In this document: in pieces, positions 16,032-21,235 of the stretch
Layout of the letters: each line of letters begins with the position of its first letter
Numbering within the stretch: the stretch's first letter is position 1
Origin: Nitrososphaerota archaeon
GTDB taxonomy: Archaea > Thermoproteota > Nitrososphaeria_A > Caldarchaeales > Calditenuaceae
Reading direction: 5' to 3'
Assembly (NCBI GenBank): GCA_038741355.1
Contig: JAVYLC010000031.1
Span: 1 to 21,235, forward strand
Length of the DNA stretch: 21,235 nucleotides
Translations under genes and position numbers: made by a program
Notes under the pieces: model-generated
What the model was told of the DNA's origin: nothing
Database searches by the model: none
What the model saw: only the letters and a program-made list of their open reading frames with translations

Positions 16032-16707
16032 GGTAGTGTCCGGGTGAGCATGGTTAGCCACCTCCCCATCTTAGGGTTTGGTAGTATAGTGTGAATGGTT
16101 TGAGGAATAGTCTCTTGCGCTCAGCTTGTTATGGAATACTGCTTTCCCCTCCTCTAGGTGTCTAAAGAAACTCTCAAAACTATAGTCTAATCCTAGTCTT
16201 TGTATGGCCCATATATATCATGGATCCCTACCAACCATAATCCTAGGCCTGTTCAGGCATAGCCTTAAGGCCTTCTTAATGAATAGTAGGGCGTTAAGGC
16301 AGCTCCTGCCGTAAGAAGCCTCTAGAGCCAGCAACCCCCCTGAATCCACGTCCACCGCAGACCATATGTAGACTGTTTGGCCTGAAAACTTCTCCACAGT
16401 CTCATTCACAGCCACGAGCCTCCTACACCTACGCTCGGGTGTGAAGAGCTGTCTCAACCTATGGACCCAATCCCTAACACTCTCCCTAGATGCGCTGGTT
16501 AGACAGTACCTCTCACTAATGTCTCTAAGGCTCAACCCAGCAACAAACAACATAGCAGCATAAACCTTCTCGAAAGGGCTGTAGTTATGGAACCTGAAAA
16601 GCCTAGACATACAATCGACGAGATAATCGAAGACGTGCACAAACCCATCAAAACAACCCAGACCATAGGCCTAACCAACAACGCTTAAATAAAAGTTGAC
16701 AGTGCCC
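16032..16707 (-). mobile_element. Decayed IS6-family-like insertion sequence, copy A
   Basis: The left terminus GGTAGTGTCCGG (16032-16043) is identical to the left terminus of copy B, and 16032-16205 matches 19598-19771 with a single mismatch. The right boundary is set where homology of the flanking epimerase fragment stops (codon CAG at 16708-16710). There is no convincing right IR (GGCACTGTC versus GGTAGTGTC, 7/9), so the right end may be truncated. Confidence 0.7.
16071..16640 (-). pseudogene. IS6-family-like transposase with an in-frame TGA
   Basis: The product shows ...GLSLRDISERY...SRESVRDWVH...VYIWSAVDVDSGGLLAL...NRPRIMVGRDP, then TGA (16218-16220), then YIWAIQRLGLDYSFESF...FHNKL. Copy B has TGG at the homologous codon. 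The pattern resembles archaeal IS6 transposases as I recall them. Confidence 0.7.
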
Positions 16708-16955
16708 CTGGAAAGATCTGAAAAGGTTTTTAACAGCCTGCAGAGACCCCACATCTTCTTGGATTATGTGAAGCCTGCCCAAGCCCTTGTTTTTCAGCAG
16801 GTAGCCGAGGTTTTCGTCTTTTGGAGCGGCGATCCCAACAGCCACTCCAACATCCATCCCAACATCCCAACTGCCACTACTTCCTCACCCCTCGACAGAA
16901 AACCCTCCACAAGATGGCTTCCTATGAAGCCATAAGCCCCTGTTACAAGCAGCAA
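16708..16955 (-). pseudogene. N-terminal fragment of a second SDR epimerase (paralog of 6833-7786), frameshifted and truncated
   Basis: LLLVTGAYGFIGSHLVEGFLSRGEEVVAVG, then (in another frame) IAAPKDENLGYLLKNKGLGRLHIIQEDVGSLQAVKNLFRSFQ. This aligns by eye to LILVTGAFGFIGSHLVERLLDGDEDVVAAGVAPPHEDNLRYIIRHKNAAKMRIAYVDFTNLQQVKALFKSFQ. Homology ends abruptly at 16708. Confidence 0.7.
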
Positions 16956-17152
16956 GCCAAAAAAGGCTAAAGCCTCGGTAAAAAACATGAACACGCAAAC
17001 CCATAAAACTAGCTCCATCCTCGCTGCAAAGCTGTGAAAACCGCCTAAGCTCGAGCAATTGAACGCAGTGTAAGCCCCTGACCCACAGCAATACCTCGGA
17101 TGACACCGGCTTGCGGTGAAAAGATTCCACATGAGACTGGTCGATAAACTAC

Positions 17153-17797
17153 CTACACAACAGCCTCCTTAATCTCAGATCCGAGAACCAGCCTAACACC
17201 TTTCGCATCTAAAACCTTCCTAAGCCTGGGTACAACCTCCTCCGCAGCACGGCCCACGCAGAAAAGCATCAGTTCAGGACTCTTTCCATACAATGTGCTT
17301 ACCAGCCTAACCCTCTCCTCCAACCCAGCCAGCTCCTTCTCCGCATCCTCCCAGCTCCCTAGGATGGATGTGGCCTCCCCCATAACAAGCGGCTCCTCGC
17401 AGAAGATGTCTATCTCAACCGGCCTACCTTCTGAGACTAGGATTTTTCTATCCACCTCACGCCAGCCATAGCCCAGTTCCTCAAGAAGCAGCTGGGTGAA
17501 AGAACGGGAATAATCCTCGAAAGTTATGTGCAGAGCCTTTCTGAGGCCTTCAAAACCTGTCCGCACGTATTTCTCAAGACGCATGTGAGATTCCCATAGC
17601 TTGTTCAACCCCTCTCTTAGAGATTTAACCTCTTCCCATAGTTTGTTCTGCCCTTCCCAAAGGCGTTTTATTTCCTGTTCTATTGTGTCGAGCCGTTTGA
17701 TTATTTCGGACAGGCCTAAGTAGCCTGCTACGGTATAGCGGAATTCGACGTCTTTCTCCAGCAGTTCTATGAACTGTTTCTTCAGCTTCTGGGCCAC
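17153..17797 (-). CDS. Hypothetical protein: N-terminal heptad coiled coil plus C-terminal PD-(D/E)xK-like (restriction-endonuclease-fold) region
   Basis: 214-codon ORF with a GTG start. Residues 46-80 form five consecutive heptads that each begin with Leu (LWEGQNK LWEEVKS LREGLNK LWESHMR LEKYVRT). The C-terminal PVEIDIFCEEPLVMGEATS resembles the E-x-D...E-x-K core of archaeal PDDEXK-type (DUF1626-like) proteins, but with Thr in place of Lys. The family call is from memory. Confidence 0.6.
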   Translation of the reverse strand: MAQKLKKQFIELLEKDVEFRYTVAGYLGLSEIIKRLDTIEQEIKRLWEGQNKLWEEVKSLREGLNKLWESHMRLEKYVRTGFEGLRKALHITFEDYSRSFTQLLLEELGYGWREVDRKILVSEGRPVEIDIFCEEPLVMGEATSILGSWEDAEKELAGLEERVRLVSTLYGKSPELMLFCVGRAAEEVVPRLRKVLDAKGVRLVLGSEIKEAVV

Positions 17798-18591
17798 GGC
17801 TGTTTTCCAGCTGTAGATGCCGTATCAAGCATTTAAACGTTACATACTGTTTAGAGAATGAAACCTCTTTAGAGCTTCAGCAGACATGTAAACGCAGCGG
17901 GCTGTAATGCGGCAGGCGTGTTTCTGCATTCAACCTATTATGTACCGCCGATCCACTTTCCATATATGTGAAGCCTTTTGACTGTGTCTGAGTTCTGTTA
18001 AGCCATTGTCATCACCCCTTTATGTTATGGTTAGCATCTCTGGCTGGTTGAAAAGCTAGAATAGGCAAAGCCATCCCTATAAATGGCCGGTGGTACGGTT
18101 CTTCCTCCAGCATGGGTAGTGGTGGTCAAGGCACCCAGCCCTATCCTTAAGCATCTGGACGGTCTCCTACAAATCGGTGTAAAGCCATTCCCAGAACCTA
18201 GACCTAAAGTGGGTTAAGACATGCCTCGTGAATGCTTCAGGATATCATAGAGCTCTATGTTGTATGCTGTTCCTAGTACAGGAGAGCTAAAGCCAGAACC
18301 CCTCGAAGAGCAGATATGCTTGTGAACGTGGACGAGCTCTTCTTATGCAGTAAACCTCAAACCCCGCCCTCACGCGGGCTAGCTTAACCACAACCATCCC
18401 TTACCATCAACATCCTAAAGTTATATCCGCAGGTCGTTAGAGAATGAGCCAGTTGAATCTTATGGATAGGCTTTATTGTGGCTCGAGTAGGTTCTCACAT
18501 ATGTCATGATGGCTTCAGCGGCGCCGTCGCTCATAACCACAGTCCTGACAGCAGTCTCTTATCCAGTATTCCATCATAGGCTAGTGGTTAT

Positions 18592-19440
18592 CTAATCTCC
18601 TCCAACCTCTCTAATTAGCTTGGCGGCTGAGATCGATGTTGCCTGCATGTTAATTCCTGCATCCCTGCTTAAGAGGAGCATGACCGCTAAAAGGGAGAGG
18701 TATAGTGGGCCTGTGTAGGCGTTGACGTGGACCCTGAGGGCCAGTCTGCTCTTCAAATACTCCCTGACCGCTGGGACCCTGTCGAGGTCAAACTGCTCGG
18801 TGCCGATTATCAAAGTGTTGTACATCCCCATAAATATGCCTATGAAGTAGTTGAGCGTCATTAAGGACGCCGCCATCCAAGCCGATGAGTAGACTGGGTT
18901 TACTATCGAGAGAATGTAATCGGAGAGGGCTATGCTCCCGAAGACGAAGGGGAGAGAGGAGATGCCGAGAAACACAACCAGGGTGAATGCGCTCACTAAC
19001 TTCACGGTCTCGAATAACATGGAACCTACGCCGACATGGTGGGGAGTGTATCCTGACGCTATCGCTGTAGCGATGTTCGCTAACGCGTTGGGCACGAATA
19101 TGAGGAGACCGGCCAAGAGTATGGTGAGCCCGACGCCTATCTGGCTGTGCGTTACTGTGGATAGGGCGATGTAGATCGTGAGCCCTGCAGCTATGAGGGA
19201 GAATGAGACCATGAGAGAGGGGTACATTACTTTCTCCCCCCTTGCAGCGTCCCTCGCTATCCAGCCACCAACCAAGGCTACGGGCATCAAGGAGTACGAG
19301 ACCAGTGAGCCTACGTAAGCCCAGAGTCCGAATTCTGTCGTGGACAACTTCCTAGCGATCAAGACAGAGAAGAGAATCCCGATCAGTTGGGCGTAGAGGG
19401 CGGCCGAGAAGGCCACAGCGCCCGTCAGCCTCAGCTTCAT
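18592..19440 (-). CDS. Short MOP/Wzx flippase-like membrane protein (eroded paralog of 5304-6758)
   Basis: 282 codons against 484 in the paralog. The N-terminus FSAALYAQLIGILFSVLIARKLSTTEFGLWAY parallels FVGNLVTLLTGLIFNILIARNLQPAALGAWFL. The C-terminal TLIIGTEQFDLD...YLKSRL...GPLYLSLLAVML parallels RTIITGIEKADKN...LLKSTL...GYLYAASLILITAL, which implies an internal deletion and a missing C-terminus. A TTTTTATA box lies about 32 nt upstream of the ATG. Confidence 0.6.
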   Translation of the reverse strand: MKLRLTGAVAFSAALYAQLIGILFSVLIARKLSTTEFGLWAYVGSLVSYSLMPVALVGGWIARDAARGEKVMYPSLMVSFSLIAAGLTIYIALSTVTHSQIGVGLTILLAGLLIFVPNALANIATAIASGYTPHHVGVGSMLFETVKLVSAFTLVVFLGISSLPFVFGSIALSDYILSIVNPVYSSAWMAASLMTLNYFIGIFMGMYNTLIIGTEQFDLDRVPAVREYLKSRLALRVHVNAYTGPLYLSLLAVMLLLSRDAGINMQATSISAAKLIREVGGD

Positions 19441-19468
19441 TCCTTGCCCACCGTTTAAGTCGGCTTGC

Positions 19469-19476
19469 TATAAAAA
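19469..19476 (-). promoter_or_regulatory. TATA-like box for the flippase-like gene
   Basis: The minus strand reads TTTTTATA, centred about 32 nt upstream of ATG 19440. Confidence 0.35.
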
Positions 19477-19597
19477 GGTTGGCTGAAAAGTTAGAGGCAT
19501 CTGACGACCTCTGGGAGCATATTCAAAGAGTATTATTCTGCTACCTGTATGATGTGCTGGTTGTAATCGCCAGTTCATTCTCCACCGTATCTGTCAC

Positions 19598-19609
19598 GGT
19601 AGTGTCCGG
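19598..19609. repeat. Left terminal inverted repeat of IS copy B
   Basis: GGTAGTGTCCGG. The same 12-mer occurs at 16032-16043 (copy A). Confidence 0.7.
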
Positions 19610-20176
19610 GTGAGCATGGTTAGCCACCTCCCCGTCTTAGGGTTTGGTAGTATAGTGTGAATGGTTTGAGGAATAGTCTCTTGCGCTCAGCTTGTTATGG
19701 AATACTGCTTTCCCCTCCTCTAGGTGTCTAAAGAAACTCTCAAAACTATAGTCTAATCCTAGTCTTTGTATAGCCCATACATACCATGGACCCCTACCAA
19801 CCATAATCCTAGGCTTGTTCAAGCATAGTTTCAGAGCCTTCCTCAGGAATATGAAGGCATTATGAAGCCTCTAGAACCAATAATCACCTCCACCGCAGAC
19901 CATACATATACTATCAACAGCGATACACCTCCCAATCCTAGGCTCTAGAGAGCTTAACTGTTGAGGAGAACTTCCTAGAAAGCTCGTGTACCGTCGACTT
20001 GCTTATAGGCTCAAAACCCTAGAAACCCTCCCACAGCCACCATGAAAAATATACTCCAAGACAGCTAAGACCTTAACCTCACGGCTTTTTTATTCCTCTT
20101 GAAGCAGCTTGACACAAGGGCCACAACATCCACGCATACAAAGGAGACCCTCCCCACCCTTAAACATGCCCCTTAT

Positions 20177-20188
20177 CCGGACACTATC
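20177..20188. repeat. Right terminal inverted repeat of IS copy B
   Basis: CCGGACACTATC is the reverse complement of GATAGTGTCCGG. It overlaps the amidohydrolase TGA stop (20187-20189) by 2 nt. Confidence 0.7.
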
Positions 20189-21235
20189 AAGCCGCCTCAT
20201 CTAATAGTTTTTTGCGGAGCTTAAGTAACTGTTTATATAGTTTGCGTTGGTCTATGCCCGTGAATCTCCCATTTGATACTATCTTCCTTCCATCAACGTA
20301 TACATCGCTGATGCTTTCTTCGCTTAGATTGTACACCACTGTGGTGTAGGGGTCTTCCAGAAGGCCGATCGCCTTTATCTTATCCGGCTTTAAGACGATG
20401 ATATCAGCTCTCAAGCCGGGCTCTAACGATCCTAACTGTTCTTGTAAGCCAAGGCTCTTAGCAGCATTTTTCGTAGCCATTTCCAGCACAGTATTTGGGC
20501 TGAGCTTGGTTGGCGTGGAGTAGCGGCTTGACTGCGCAGCCATTGCCACCTTCATCTGTTTGAAGAGGCTTAGATCTCCGTCCGTCACCGGCCCGTCTGT
20601 GGCGAGGGAGACTGTAACTCCCCTATTAATTAGCTCCCCCACCCTCGCGACCCCTTGCCCCCAATTCATAATTGTGAAGGGCGAGTATGCAACGTACACC
20701 TCATGCCCCGCCAAGTACTCTATATCCCCATCTGTTAGATATGTCGCGTGGGCGAGTAACGGCTTTGTTCTCATGATACCTAGCTGCAATGCAAGCTGTG
20801 CCGGTGTTACTCCGTATCTGCTTTTAAGATACTCGATTTCGTGGCTGGACTCTGCGAAATGCATATGGATTCTCAACCCAGTCTCTTCTGAATATTGGAC
20901 GGCTTTCTCCAGGGTCTCGATGCTGCACGAGTACATTGAGTGGACGCCTATCATGGTTTTGATACGGCCACCAGCCTCGTTGTTGAATCTGCGGGCGAAT
21001 TCTACGGAGTCCTCGATAGTGTGTTTGGGGGCATGCTCGCTATAATCGACTACCGCTTTGGCCAAGACCCCCCTTACACCTGTTTCATCCACAGCTCTGG
21101 CAACTTCCTCTTCATAGAAGTAGTGGTCAGCGAAGGTTGTGATCCCATTTTTAGCCATGAGAAGTATCGCTGCCTTAGCGGATAGATAGATGTGCTCTGG
21201 TTTCAGGAAACTCTCGAGCCACCAGATCCTCTTTA
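20187..21235 (-). CDS. Amidohydrolase-superfamily deaminase/chlorohydrolase (MTA/SAH-deaminase-like), 5' end outside the window
   Basis: Motifs HMHFAES, LAHATYLTDGDIEYLA, SLATDGP and the C-terminal VYVDGRKIVSNGRF. The reading frame stays open upstream of the track Met (21158) to the window edge (..KRIWWLESFLKPEHIYLSAKAAILLMAKNG..), so the gene is partial. Confidence 0.85.
   Translation of the reverse strand, partial: KRIWWLESFLKPEHIYLSAKAAILLMAKNGITTFADHYFYEEEVARAVDETGVRGVLAKAVVDYSEHAPKHTIEDSVEFARRFNNEAGGRIKTMIGVHSMYSCSIETLEKAVQYSEETGLRIHMHFAESSHEIEYLKSRYGVTPAQLALQLGIMRTKPLLAHATYLTDGDIEYLAGHEVYVAYSPFTIMNWGQGVARVGELINRGVTVSLATDGPVTDGDLSLFKQMKVAMAAQSSRYSTPTKLSPNTVLEMATKNAAKSLGLQEQLGSLEPGLRADIIVLKPDKIKAIGLLEDPYTTVVYNLSEESISDVYVDGRKIVSNGRFTGIDQRKLYKQLLKLRKKLLDEAA

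Larger units (their letters stand above)
19598..20188 (-). mobile_element. Decayed, internally deleted IS6-family-like element, copy B, with both terminal inverted repeats
   Basis: IR-L is GGTAGTGTCCGG (19598-19609). IR-R is CCGGACACTATC (20177-20188), whose reverse complement is GATAGTGTCCGG (11/12 match). Similarity continues as (G/A)T(G/A)AG..CATG. Only a 61-codon transposase C-terminal ORF (19637-19822) and scrambled upstream remnants survive. Confidence 0.7.

Noticed and set aside
16794-17132. 112-codon ORF (with overlapping ORFs 16885-17130 and 16648-16857) taken as an intact gene
   Set aside because: Only the LLVTGAYGFIGSHL... portion is real epimerase sequence. The N-terminal 60 codons are read-through of the promoter region, and the gene is frameshifted and truncated. 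It is reported as a pseudogene instead.
18363-18378. CCCGC-N6-GCGGG hairpin in the ORF-free region
   Set aside because: A 5-bp stem is expected by chance in GC-rich sequence.
18506-18548. Possible C/D-box sRNA (AUGAUGG at 18506-18512, CUGA at 18545-18548)
   Set aside because: The C box is imperfect. The boxes are only 32 nt apart, which leaves no room for D'/C' boxes and two guides, and there is no terminal stem. Other UGAUGA matches (7605, 6149 rc, 5224 rc) lack a D box at the right distance.
20560-21185. Plus-strand ORFs 20560-21045 and 20940-21185
   Set aside because: They are antisense shadows of the amidohydrolase gene.
1-21235. CRISPR arrays, rRNA genes, additional tRNAs, RNase P/SRP RNA signature motifs
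   Set aside because: I saw no regularly spaced direct repeats, and no conserved rRNA or RNase P (GAGGAAAGUCC-type) motifs on either strand. Only one cloverleaf could be folded.

Overview
This looks like an archaeal chromosomal segment, probably from a crenarchaeal/Thermoproteota-type hyperthermophile. This is inferred from an all-GC-stem tRNA, TATA-like boxes about 25-35 nt upstream of start codons, and an archaeal IS6-like transposase. Background GC is roughly 50-55%, with clearly AT-richer islands.

Layout:
- 0.47-8.9 kb: a surface-glycan biosynthesis cluster with five glycosyltransferase genes (one low-GC CgeB-like, one with a decayed 3' end), a MOP/Wzx-type flippase and an SDR epimerase.
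- 9.0-11.7 kb: an operon encoding a signal-peptide/C-terminally anchored protein, an ABC ATPase and an ABC-2 permease.
- 11.8-12.6 kb: a solitary SPPY-type DNA methyltransferase.
- 13.0-14.5 kb: a convergent DUF1326/DUF2182 cysteine-rich pair, with a perfect 17-bp inverted repeat upstream of the membrane partner.
- 14.76-15.65 kb: tRNA-Ala(GGC) and an HpcH/HpaI-type aldolase.
- 16.0-20.2 kb: two decayed IS6-like copies in the same orientation. They bracket an eroded second copy of the flippase->epimerase module, a heptad coiled-coil/PD-(D/E)xK-like gene and about 0.8 kb of ORF-free DNA.
- 20.2 kb to the end: an amidohydrolase gene that runs off the window.

I saw no CRISPR array and no rRNA. 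All family assignments come from motifs read by eye and from memory, not from searches. I do not see a complete, clear-cut novel system. The best candidates for follow-up are the IS-bracketed segment, the coiled-coil/nuclease-fold protein, the palindrome plus DUF1326/DUF2182 pair, and the secreted-protein/ABC-2 operon.
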